Shown here piece after piece: positions 1-10,700 of a stretch of 64,000 nucleotides of DNA. Positions within the stretch are counted from its first letter, which is position 1. Every line of letters starts with the position of its first letter. The stretch comes from Marsupella aquatica (Eukaryota > Plantae > Marchantiophyta), in the NCBI GenBank assembly GCA_973895155.1, contig OZ316895.1, positions 5,972,687 to 6,036,686 on the forward strand. The letters are read 5' to 3'. The notes beneath the pieces were generated by a model, which ran no database searches, was not told the origin of the DNA, and saw only the letters and a list, made by a program, of their open reading frames with translations. The translations under genes and the position numbers were made by a program.

Positions 1-1029
1 TTGGATTAATCTCAGTTCCCATGATTGCAAAAATTCCCTCTTGACTAATGATATACTCACAATTTAAGGACTTATAGTTCCAAAATTATATCTCTCTCCA
101 TCAACCAAAACTTAGACATGCACAAGTTAACTCCAAAATCCAGCGGTTCCCCAATATGGTCGCCACTTATGTCCGGATGACCGTGTTTTCTGGTAAGAGC
201 ATGTTGGCTCTTATAAAGTTCATCTTGCATGCCCATAAGTTCTACACTAAAACCAAAATGATAACTTTTGTAAGAAGGGTGATGGGTATTAAAGAAAGGT
301 TCAGGTAAAACTAATATACTATTAAATTCTACTTCATCATACTTGCGGATCAACACATCTTAGAAACTAATTTTTCTACGACATACAATCCTAATATCTC
401 CAAGAGAAAATGAAATAAAAATGTCATCTGGACTCTTATTTAGATCCATGACTTCAATAAAGGACAAAGATAATGCACTCTCACTCTTCTCGGTAAGACA
501 CTACTGGGTATACTATTGGCTCATTAGAACTCATAATAGCAGCTACAAATTGAGCTCCAAAGTGATAAGTTAAATGTTACCTCATGGATGACTTATCTAA
601 AAGATGGATTCTCACCAAAAATGGGATATGAAGGGGAAGATTAGGGATATCTCTTCCTCTTGGATTCATAATGATTCTCTTATTCTTTTGCTATCCGGGC
701 CAAAAGATGCCCCACCCCTAAGTTCCCAAAAAGACCTTGTTCTCTAAGGTCCCATCTATAAGTCTACCACTCATTCATTTGCTATCCGGGCCAAAAGATG
801 CCCCACTACTATGTACATAAGGCAAAGAATAGAAGAGAAAGATGAGAGAAGAAAAAAAGATCGCTTTGACGCGAAAATTATCAAAATGTAAGAATGAGGA
901 GAGAGTGCCCCTCGCCACTTTATTTATATTGAATCCAAGAGGGCATGGATTACGCCCAAACGCTTGGATGAAAGCCAAGTGGCACACATCCAACGTAGGA
1001 ATATGTGCTAATACTATTGCAATCAAAAT

Positions 1030-1410
1030 AAATAATGCATGCAAGTAAAACAACTAATGCATGCACCTAAAACAATTTGTGTATGCATGCACCTTGTGAC
1101 TTGCACATTTGCTCACCTTACATGAGCATATAAAACAACTAATGCATGCAAATAAAACAATTTGCATGCATTTTGTGGCTTGCACATTTGCTCACCTTGC
1201 ATGCACATAAAATAACTAATGCATGCAAATAAAATAATTTGTATGCATCTAAAACAATTTGTGCATGCACCTTATGGTTTGCACATTCGCTCACCTTGCA
1301 TGCACATAAAACGACTATTGTATGCAAATAAAACAATTTGCACATGCATCCAAACAATTTGTGCATGCATATTGTGATTTGCATAGTTGCTTACCTTGCA
1401 TGCACATACG
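1030..1410. repeat. Degenerate tandem repeat (~80-100 bp unit, ATGCATGCAAATAAAACAATTTG...GCTCACCTTGCATGCACATAAAA)
   Basis: About four recognisable copies of the GCACATTTGCTCACCTTGCATGCACATAAAA and ATGCAAATAAAACAATTTG blocks. Confidence 0.85.
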
Positions 1411-1519
1411 TAATAGTCAAATTATTTAGTTACCCCGTAACAAAATATAAATCTAACCTATATACTTACTAATATACTTAGTGATAATGATTTTATCATG
1501 AATAATTGAATTATCATGA

Positions 1520-2281
1520 CACCGGTTCCGCTTAGCTAGTGTTGTAGACGCCGAACTACCCTTCCGCTTCATCTCTTCAGTCCCTGATAACTCTCCAAGA
1601 ATGGTCTCCTTGATCGAAGCCAAAGTGTGACCCTTCAGCTCCCATACCGGCTACCCAGCGTTCTTAATCGCCTCTCAAATTCCAACGACTCGATCTCTCT
1701 GATCAGCAACTCGTCAAGCTCGACACTGGTTGGACTCCATAAGAATTTCTCGAGTACCTCCTCTATTCCCACAAAATCCGTCTTATAAATTCCCCATAAC
1801 CGCGCGAGCTCTGCCCTTTCCCTCAGTTGCTGCTCGTACCGGCTCGACGTATTTGTAAGTTGGTATGAGTTGTCGTGCTTCTTCAAGCAAACAGCCCCAA
1901 AACTTAGTCGCTTGATTCACCGTGGTCATTCCACCAAATAAAAAAGGAGCTTGAGCAATTTTCTACCCACCTCCCTTGATCGACCGACAGCTACTTTCGC
2001 CTCCCTAGGTCCCGATCGAACAAGAGAATGAGCGAATATATAGAGTGTTGGTCCCCTCCCCGCGAAGCCACCTCCTGATGGCTTGCATGATCAAGCCTGG
2101 ATTAGGTCATAACCCTAATCCCGCTTAATCGTGACCGTTGGATCCTACCCTATTGCAATCCTCCCCGTAACACGTTGTAATCAGCTTCGGTCTTTATTTC
2201 TACCTTATACTATCTGTCTAATCTTTATGTAGCCATTATTTTAGGCTTAACTAGTATCCATGATCCTGGCAAGGCATCACA
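1520..2281 (-). mobile_element. Truncated, diverged family-A LTR-like element (copy A0)
   Basis: Ends ...GGCATCACA at 2281, like 10700 and 34442. The minus strand encodes GMTTVNQATKFWGCL, ERAELARLW..FLWSPTS.ELDELL and ETILGELSGTEEMKRKG, homologous to the N-terminus of the 1210-aa ORF. Confidence 0.85.
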
Positions 2282-2282
2282 A

Positions 2283-2830
2283 TTACCCACTTTTGTGAGC
2301 CACTATGCTTCATATGCTTTCAACGCATGTGGTCCTGGACTTGTGTGGGATACAACTCTATGACAGTTAGTAGAGCCCACTACTGATGAAGAGAGCAGGC
2401 CATGGGATTCTCCATAGGCACTCGGGGGTTTCACTTCCACAAAAATGGCATATCACGTACGACGAAGGATAGGATCATTTTATTGGTTCTAAGGGAAGAC
2501 TTAAGAATTTTTGTAGAAGAACAATAGGGTCTTTTAAATTCAATTTTGAGACTTATAAGAACATTAGGGTCTTTTTAATCCATTTTTTAGAATATTCCAA
2601 GAATATTCCAACTTTATAGGGGTTAATTTTTTAAAAAAAATTCTTACATTTTAGGGGGTCCTAGGCCTCAAAACGTCGCAGGCGATGGGGAGGTCCCTAT
2701 ATAGTGAGACCCCCGAGCATAGGCACAACTGCTATTGCATCTGTGTTAGAGAGTTCACGCTGCCAAGTCCTTGGCCAAGCTTTGGATTTGAATTGTTGGA
2801 CTTGGATTATCAGCTTGGGAGTAGCAGAGC
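2283..2830 (+). pseudogene. C-terminal part of a DNMT3-like C5 cytosine methyltransferase domain inside a Gypsy pol
   Basis: Removing the MITE at 2421-2717 and one 1-bp frameshift gives LPTFVSHYASYAFNACGPGLVWDTTL*QLVEPTTDE(R)EQAMGFSIGTTAIASVLESSRCQVLGQALDLNCWTWII. This matches motif IX/X of DNMT3 (EMERVFGFPVHYT...ARQRLLGRSWSVP), with the same 18-residue GF-to-LG spacing. Confidence 0.7.
2421..2717. mobile_element. 297-bp MITE, hAT-like (8-bp TSD)
   Basis: 15-bp TIR CTCGGGGGTTTCACT / AGTGAGACCCCCGAG (1 mismatch). TSD CATAGGCA at 2413-2420 and 2718-2725. Confidence 0.92.
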
Positions 2831-3129
2831 AGTTTTGGATGCGCTCTGCTGGTGTTATAGATCGTCCATTGGTGAGCTTGCGGCCTACTGAGACAGTAGT
2901 GGCCACAATTGGGGGCGAGCAAATAGCCCATGGACCTATGGCAGGATTGACCAAGGTTGGACAAATTGTTGAGCAAAAAGGGACTGCTCTTGAAACTATT
3001 GCTATATAGCAATCATCAGCTATCTTTTCTACCCTACAAAAGGATATTAGGGATTTGGTGAAGAGTTGCGAGCCACAAATTGGTCCTAAGTTGATAGGGG
3101 AGGAGAGATATCGCATGCATCATTCCTAA

Positions 3130-4645
3130 AGAGTTACTGGAATTGTTTTGCATTTAGCATAAAGGATTTGGGAATTGAAGGGCCCTGGTATTCAAATTGA
3201 ATTGGCTAGTGATGCGCCAATCTTTGGTAGACCATACCGTTATAGTGACATAGAGAGAACTTTGATTCAGAGCAAAACTTAGGATTTGTTGGAGGTTGGT
3301 TTGGTGGAGATCTCATAAGGGGAGTATGCATCTGCCACAGTGATGCCAGTCAAAAAGGATGTGCATGGCAATTACACTAATAGGCGCATGTGTGGTGATT
3401 ACCAACCTATTAATCGTCATACAAAATATGATCGATATGCCATGCCTACACCTGAGGAGATCTTTGATGTTGTAGGGCATGCAAAGGGTTTTAGTTCATT
3501 GGACCTGAGGGCAGGGTACCATTAGCTTCCAATCAGACATTTTAACAGGTCCAAAACAACATTCTGGGGAATTGATTTGCATGGCAATGATTGTTTGTAT
3601 CAGTGGTTGTTCTTACCATTTGGGTTGAAGAATGCACCAGCTGAATTCCAGAGAGTCATGGATCAAATTCTTGCAAGTTTGGATTAAATTGTTAGATGTT
3701 ACATTGATGATATTTTGGTCTATTCTTCCACTGTGGAAGAACAGTAACAACACTTGCAGATTGTGTTGGAGAGATTGAGAGAATATGGGTTGAAACTCCA
3801 TCCTGGCAAGCGTAAGTTCTTCCAAGACCAGATTGAGTATTTGGGCCACCCAAGGGGATTGGGTGTGCAACAGAATAAGATGGAGGTCATTACACAGAAT
3901 CCTCATCCTACTGATGTGAGTAGAGTTCGTGCATTCTTGGGATTGACGAGCTACTACAGGAGGTACGTTAAAGGATTTAATTAGCCAGGTTGCTAAACCT
4001 TTAACCATACTCACTAAGTTGGATCATGAGTGGATTTGGGGTGATGATCAGGAGCATGCCTTTCAAGAGTTGAAAAAAAGATTGGCATCATCCCCTATTT
4101 TGAGAAGACCCATTTCAGGGAGACCATTTCAGCTACACACTGATTGGCGTGGAGTAGGACTTGGAGCAGTGCTTACTCAAAAGGATGATGAGGGGAATGA
4201 GTTTGTTGTGGCATATGCCAGTAGATCAAACAATTCAACATAAGCTAAATATAGCTCTTATGAGGGAAAGTGTTTGGCGGCAGTGTGGGCTATGGCATAC
4301 TTCCGTTGCTACTTATTTGGTAACCCTTTCACCTTGATAATTGATCATCTGCCTCTCAAGTGGTTAATGAAGTCTGACAAGCTTATTGGGAATCTTGCAC
4401 GATGGACATTGTTGTTATAGGAGTATGATTTCCAGGTTGTGGATAGGTCTGGAAAAGTGAACTTGGATGCAGATGGATTAAGCCACAATCCATGTACTAG
4501 TCAAGAGGATGAGACTGGAGCCAGATGGCATGATGAGTCAGATAAAGAGATGATGCTAGGATGACATACATCTGCCTTCCTTTATTGGGTTCTAGCATGC
4601 AGTGGATCTATGGACACTATTCATTGGATGAAGTAGATGATGAGT
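3130..4645 (+). pseudogene. Ty3/Gypsy pol remnant (reverse transcriptase + RNase H), multiple stops and frameshifts
   Basis: RRMCGDY, LDLRAGYH, LPFGLKNAPAEFQRVMD, CYIDDILVYS, FLGLTSYYRRYV, FQLHTDW, VVAYASR and DHLPLKWL motifs. Cut off at 4645 by a CACTA terminus before the integrase. Confidence 0.95.
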
Positions 4646-6031
4646 CACTAGAAGAAACCCACCCTTTCTGAGACCACAAAGAACGTGACTTGTCCGAGAC
4701 CTTCATGAAATAGCGACTCCAAAGTTGTTGGTGTCATGTTAGTCACACCTTCTTGACTGAGTTTTGGTGAAGTTTTGAGGAGTCATGTTTACAACTTTTA
4801 GGGAAGTTGTAACTATAACTCAGTTAAGGCAATTAGGTTGAAGTCATACAAGCGACTCTACATTAGCGTACAACTTATGAGAGCACAACATTTGAGCCCT
4901 TCAACCTTAAAGTATGAGATCTAACCCAATACATATGATTTTGGATACACCATATGTCATCCCACATAGATTTAATTATAGTCAGGTCATACCATTTTAA
5001 ACCATTAGTGAGTATTCCATCATTATTCCTGCCCCCATTTAGACACCATGAAGCGCGCCCCAGCCCCATTCAACTGCAAAAAGGATTTGTGAAAGCTTGC
5101 TAACCTAACTTAATGCTTTTTGTAGTCAATCTCTAATTTTTCTATCGCCGTCTTCTGGTCGTGCCAAAGGCGTGCTTAATTATCACCCAATTTCAGCCTC
5201 ACATATGTAGGTTGGGTTTACTTATTGCCATGCCCCGTAAACCTTCATGTTTCCCATGCCCCCTTCATATATGACAACCAATGCATGGTTCATGTTCAAT
5301 ATAAGTCCAACTTAAATGTTCAACTTAAATATATATGATCAGCTCTTCACTACCCCAACCCTAAAAAAATGTACTTTTCATAATGGTAATGTGGGGTCAT
5401 ATATACCTGACTATTTGGCCACATTTTCACCAAAGGGGGTGGTTCAAAGTTGTGACTAACCACTCACCCCACATATAACTATTGCGTAAGTCCTTTGGTT
5501 TCAAAGGAAAAAACTAATTAGGCAAATCATAGACTTTTGTGTCTCTTTTGTGAACTAATGTCTCCACTTCAATGTGCGTGAGTGTGCCTTTGGACACAAG
5601 TTTAGGGTGTGCGGGTTTTGTTTAACACGGCAGTAGAGTGCAAAGTTGAGTTGAATGTGCGCGGGAACTCAGCGGTGTGAGAAAAACTCGCTTGTCCATT
5701 GTGCTTACGGCCGGGGATATTCATCGTGCCTGAAGGTTTTGTGAAGGGTTTTGTGCGAGGAGCTTTACGGACTTCACTCCCGCTTGAGAGATGGTGATGG
5801 CAGGCAGGTGCAGCAGCAGCGCTTGATCAAGGTGCAACTTTATTGCGTAAGTCCCTGCTCGTCGTCTGGATATGTCATTGTTGTCGGGGTCTTCATGCTC
5901 ATCTGATTCGTCTTCTGCTCTTTGTGGCCGAGAGTCGACTACCTCACTCACTGACTTCTTGTCCAATGCATACCACAACCCTATTCCTTGTTCTCAGTCT
6001 GCGAGTTTGTGAGCTTTGGACCAGAGCAGAT

Positions 6032-9000
6032 TGTGGTGCGTCCCATGGCTCCCTAAACCCAAGAAACCCCCCAGCTCAAGCCGATTCCCGCAGGTTTCGT
6101 GCTTGGCGAGGCTGTTTCCGCGGCTTAGCGGCATGGGACGCTGCTAACCTTCTACTACTACTATTAACATTTTACACACATATACTGGACAGATCCTTCA
6201 TCGGGTCATGAGATACGTAGCCGGCCTAATATAGGCCTTCCCCTGTCTTCCCCTGTCTTCCCCTCCGTCTTGTTAGGTATGTTTGGATTCCGCCGCCGGA
6301 ATGATCCCCAATAGGCTTGGTTAAGCCGCTAAGACCTCTCTTAGCTCGACACATCCAACTCTCACTCCCCTGCTTACTTTCCTTCCTTCTGTTGATGTGG
6401 GCACTCTTCACACAAGTTAATGCGACACACAAATAGCAAAATGACTCATTCTGACTGAGTCATACCATGCACTTGCCATACAAACAGTACATCTCATACA
6501 CAAGTTCTGCGAACTAAGCCGTGAGGCCAACTCTATTCAGCTCTTAGGCATGAGGAAACATGAATATACACAAGGGTCACTGTATGACTAACCGAGAGCT
6601 TCTCGTACTACTTGATCCCAGCCCGGCTGGTGCAAACTAAAAACTTGCTAAAGAAGAGGCCCTGAGCTCCCCGCTGCCCAGGTACTTATCCTGGTAGTGG
6701 ATCCGCCATTCTTTGCATCGTAAGCCTAATCTACTTAACAGTAATCTACTTGCCCGAATCTACCTATGTACAGCAAGGCAGGAGCACAAGTGTTGCTCCT
6801 ACCAGTGGGACCGCAATCCCACTAAGCTAAGTGTCAGGGCCGCTCCTGGTTCTGATCCTAATCCTAAACGTGGAGATCCGCGCCCGCCCTGCCCACTCAC
6901 GCCTCCTCCCTCCACGTCCGCCCTCCCTAAAAGGAACGGCGCCCTTGCACCGTCACGACACCGGTGGTGGATCCTTAATGGACGCCCCCAGCGCTTCCTC
7001 CTCAGCCACTGCCGTAGGCTCATTCCCTGACAGATTACCTGCCCTTGACTGAGTCAACTCTCCATCGGCCTGACTGGGTCCACCATCGGCGTCGGCATCG
7101 GCTCGAGAATCGGTTACGGCCTCAGCCTCGGCTACGGTCTCCCCGGCCTGCTCAAGAGGCGGATCTGGAATACTGGCCTCCTTACTGAGTAGTTCGGCTT
7201 GGGCCGCACCATCCCTACCTGTGATCATAGCGGGATCTATTGCCGTATTCATGTCGGAGGATGGTGCTGGTTCTACCTCTTTGGTCACCACGGCTTGTGG
7301 AGTCGGATTACTCCTTGACCCTGAAGGTTTCCGCTTTTTCTTCTTTTCTGGTTCGGCAGCTGGTCCCTTCCCCTTCCCACTTACCTCCGGCACTGGTGCA
7401 GTTGGCGCGGCTTTTTCTTCGGCCAGTACCACTCTTGGTAACTTGGTTGCCCCAATTGGAGTTGGGCCTGATGAAGACAAGCACCTAAATACTGCGGCTT
7501 GTTTCTTCAGCCGCTCCGTTTGGTTGTCGGCCCGCCGCTGGAGGTTCTCCATCTTCCTCGTGATTTCCTCCAACTCCTCCTGGGTCTCATCCAGGTCCTT
7601 GCGTGCCTCCTCTAGTTCCTTCTGGGCTTCCTCCCGTTCTTGTTTCAAGGTAGTCCTCTCCTCCTGGGTTGCTTTTAGCTCCTTGTCGAGCTCTGCAATG
7701 ATGACAGACTCCATCTGGTTCATCTTGGCGTAAGTCTGTTCGAGCATCTCGTCCTTCTCCCTTAGGTCGGCCTTGAAGCTGGCCGTCAGGGACGCAAGCT
7801 CCTGCTGCAGCGCCATAATCCCTTGATAGGATTTCCCTAACTCGGCCTCCTGCTGCTCAAGGGCTCCGCAGATTTTCTCGAGCTCCCCTTTCAACGCCCA
7901 TTCCTTTCTTTGGGTCTCCGCCATGGCCCGGCTGTTGGCTGTTATGTGGGCCTCCTCTGTATTCTTCAGCTCTTGCTTCCACTTCTCCCTCTCTTTGATC
8001 GTGTCGGCCAACTCTTCCTGCGTCTGAGTCAGTTTATCCTTGATATTCTGATTATCAGCCTGCGCGGTGTCCAACTGCCCCTGCATGATGTTCAGCTCAT
8101 GTCGTTTAATCCGCAGTTCATCTTGGGCTTTCTTGGCCGCCCTTAGATCTTCAATCTCGGCTTCCATCCTCCTAAGCCGCCGAATGACCTCGTCCTTCTT
8201 GCTTCTCTCTAAAGCCACCGCTTCTTCTAATTGGTGCTTCTCCAACTGCTCCCTATGGAAAAAGGGTCCTACCTCCAACTCCTCTCCAAAGATGCCGAGC
8301 GCAAGTTCCCCACACATCTCACCATACTCCATGGCTCTATTCTTAGCGTAGGTGGAGTAAGTAAAAGTGATCGGCATCGCCCATCGCGGCCTCTGCTCCC
8401 AAGCCGTCCTGCGGATCTCTTCAATCGTGGCTAGAGGTTTGCTTCCTTTTTTGGCTAGCCGCCTGATGTCCTCCGGCCAATCTCCTCCTGGTAAATCCTT
8501 TTCCTTAGCCAGGGCGGCCTCCTCCTCCTGCTTGATTCGCTCCTGAAATTTCTGCACCGTCTGTTTTATGCCGTCGAAGCTCGGGGGAGCAACATCTGGT
8601 GGGGGAGACTCAGGGCTACTCTGCTGGTTGGGGTTCCCTCGCACTACCCTTGGAAGTGTGGGGACAAACCGGCCACAGGTCCTTACTCCTGGAACGTGAT
8701 GGTCCGACCCATAGCCGGAATTATCATGGCTGCAGTCCTCCACTGCCTCCTCTACCTCTTGGACGTCCGGCTTCTCCCTCTCCTCTTCGTCGGTAGGAGC
8801 TTCAGGCAATTCTGCCTCAGATTCGGAGCTTGAGGTTCCCACGTACATTCGAACACCTGGCTTGGATTCCGGCCTGATTCTCTCCTTGTCTCCAGCAAAG
8901 GGGTTTTCTCTTGTGAGCCGGTGTAGGCCTACCTCTGTAGTAGTGTCCTGCATTGTTGCCGTTGCCGTTGTTGTTGCCGATGCCGATTTCTTTTCTTTCT

Positions 9001-10700
9001 CCAGTAGTTTCAGCAGACTCTGCATGCCTGGTTGCTGCATCGGCAAGTCTTCCTTCCTGGGCCTAAACACCTGCTCGATCGTAGGACTAACAGGTGGTTG
9101 AGGCTTCTCAGCCAACGGCCTCGGCGTTGGAGCTTCCTCGGGTGCCCTTACCTGCAGGGGAAGTACCGGGGCAAAAGTCTGACCTCTGGCATACCGGCAC
9201 AACAGCGGCATGTGATAGCCAAGCCGCGACACGCTCCCCATGCCGATTACCTGCTGCTCCTCCTTTAAGATCTTCTTCAATTGGTTGAGGAGGTACCCGT
9301 TGTAGTCCCGGCTTGGGTCTGGCCTTTCTGCCAGATAGACCTGTGCCTTGCCGATCTCTGCCCTCGGCAAGTTACAATGCATGGTCACCCGCAAGAAGTC
9401 GATCATCTCTCCTATGTGCGGGTTGGTGCAGGTGTTCCGGAAGAAGCCATTCTTCGTTGATGGCCCGGGGAACGACCGGAACTCCTTGTCAGGCAAGGTC
9501 TTCCTGGTATCAACTTTGGTCTTATTGCCTATCGGCAAGCCAAACACTTCGGCAATTACCTTGGGAGTAAGATAGAAATCCTTCCCATATATCCTCGTGC
9601 AATTGGTCTCGGGTTCCCATGACCCCACGAATTCTAATAGGTCTGACTCCGGTACCTCCGGCTTCAGCCATGGTAATCTTACAAAGGCCTCCAAGCCGGA
9701 TCCGGCCATGAAGCCTTGGTACTTCTTGGTCTGCATGGCCGTAAAGCATGCATCCTCCTCCCGTGCAAAATGTAGTTGCACCTCCACCGGTAGGGTTGCC
9801 GCCCAGCCCTTCCAGGTGTCATCCCTGGTTGGAATGGCCTTGATGGGATCGACCTCCTCCTCTTCGGCTTCTCCCTGCCTCCTGCTCTGCTGCTCGGCTA
9901 GCTTCTTTGGTGCCGCCGACCTCGTTCTTTTTGCCGGGGTGGCTTCATCGTTGACGGCCCCCTTCCTCTTCATCTCTGCTGCCGTGGAGGTTTCTCCTAG
10001 CACCGTTGCCTGGGTCCACCTTTCCGTGCTACCCTTTAATTCCCAGTGTATGTCGTTGCATTTCTTGATGGCCTCTCGGATGCCGACGACGCTGTCTTTG
10101 CAAAACAGAAGATCGTCGAGTTGATTGGAAGTAGGCGTCCACAGGAACTCGTCCTTGATGAGTTTGCCTCCTAAGAAAGCCGTCTTCTGCAGCTCCCACA
10201 ATCGAGCGAGCTCCTGCCGTTCTCGAGCTGCCCTTTCTGACTCCTCGTCCTCGTAAGTCTTGATGTACTCAGTTGCCCGTTCGAACAGGCATCCCCAGAA
10301 ATGTGCCGCTTGATTGACGTTGCTCATACCCTCCTTAGGTCGATCGTCGGTATCTACTCTCTCCCCGAGTGCTTGCCTAAGCAGCTGACAGTAGTTGGCC
10401 TCCCGTAGTCGTCTGCCTAGTTCGTGCTCGCAAATGAGCCACCATCTCCTGCAAGCACTCCTTACCCCTCTCCTCCGCCGGTCCTTCTTCCCGTTGATCC
10501 TTCCTAGCCGCCGACGCTTAACGCGCCCTAACCCTAATCGGGTTTTCACCCTCAGCCTTACCTCCGGCCTCGGCCCGGGTTCCATGGTTGCCCCTAATTG
10601 TTTATATTTTCCTTGTTTTGTCCCTATACTAAGGTGTTCCTAGGGTGCCTTCCTGCTTTACCCACTTAACCGGCCGAGTGATTCCTGTCTAGGCATCACA
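6032..10700 (-). mobile_element. Family-A 4669-bp solo-LTR-like element (copy A1, intact)
   Basis: Termini TGTGGTGC...GCATCACA (imperfect inverted repeat). Perfect 5-bp TSD CAGAT at 6027-6031 and 10701-10705. No internal direct repeats and no RT/IN motifs. Confidence 0.95.
6953..10585 (-). CDS. 1210-aa element-encoded protein: PMD/plant-transposon-like domain, low-complexity linker, long coiled coil, basic NLS-like patch
   Basis: Uninterrupted ORF. The motif LLEFVGSWEPETN...FYLTPKVIAEVFGLP resembles the Plant Mobile Domain core (ERWxPETHTF...ITLxDVxxLxGLP). About 250 aa of heptad-rich E/K/Q/L sequence follow, then EKKKKRK. Synonymous-biased divergence from copy A2. Confidence 0.9.
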   Translation of the reverse strand: MEPGPRPEVRLRVKTRLGLGRVKRRRLGRINGKKDRRRRGVRSACRRWWLICEHELGRRLREANYCQLLRQALGERVDTDDRPKEGMSNVNQAAHFWGCLFERATEYIKTYEDEESERAARERQELARLWELQKTAFLGGKLIKDEFLWTPTSNQLDDLLFCKDSVVGIREAIKKCNDIHWELKGSTERWTQATVLGETSTAAEMKRKGAVNDEATPAKRTRSAAPKKLAEQQSRRQGEAEEEEVDPIKAIPTRDDTWKGWAATLPVEVQLHFAREEDACFTAMQTKKYQGFMAGSGLEAFVRLPWLKPEVPESDLLEFVGSWEPETNCTRIYGKDFYLTPKVIAEVFGLPIGNKTKVDTRKTLPDKEFRSFPGPSTKNGFFRNTCTNPHIGEMIDFLRVTMHCNLPRAEIGKAQVYLAERPDPSRDYNGYLLNQLKKILKEEQQVIGMGSVSRLGYHMPLLCRYARGQTFAPVLPLQVRAPEEAPTPRPLAEKPQPPVSPTIEQVFRPRKEDLPMQQPGMQSLLKLLEKEKKSASATTTATATMQDTTTEVGLHRLTRENPFAGDKERIRPESKPGVRMYVGTSSSESEAELPEAPTDEEEREKPDVQEVEEAVEDCSHDNSGYGSDHHVPGVRTCGRFVPTLPRVVRGNPNQQSSPESPPPDVAPPSFDGIKQTVQKFQERIKQEEEAALAKEKDLPGGDWPEDIRRLAKKGSKPLATIEEIRRTAWEQRPRWAMPITFTYSTYAKNRAMEYGEMCGELALGIFGEELEVGPFFHREQLEKHQLEEAVALERSKKDEVIRRLRRMEAEIEDLRAAKKAQDELRIKRHELNIMQGQLDTAQADNQNIKDKLTQTQEELADTIKEREKWKQELKNTEEAHITANSRAMAETQRKEWALKGELEKICGALEQQEAELGKSYQGIMALQQELASLTASFKADLREKDEMLEQTYAKMNQMESVIIAELDKELKATQEERTTLKQEREEAQKELEEARKDLDETQEELEEITRKMENLQRRADNQTERLKKQAAVFRCLSSSGPTPIGATKLPRVVLAEEKAAPTAPVPEVSGKGKGPAAEPEKKKKRKPSGSRSNPTPQAVVTKEVEPAPSSDMNTAIDPAMITGRDGAAQAELLSKEASIPDPPLEQAGETVAEAEAVTDSRADADADGGPSQADGELTQSRAGNLSGNEPTAVAEEEALGASIKDPPPVS

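Noticed and set aside
72-356. 94-aa ORF at the window start
   Set aside because: No recognisable motif. Likely a fragment of a decayed TE extending outside the window.
1520-4645. A0 as the 5' LTR of the adjacent Gypsy pol
   Set aside because: It abuts mid-pol (DNMT-like) coding sequence directly, with no PBS, gag or protease, so it is an insertion.
7221-10643. Numerous 60-175 aa ORFs antisense to or overlapping the family-A ORF (also in A2 and A3)
   Set aside because: Shadow frames of a GC-rich coding sequence (Ser/Leu/Phe-rich).
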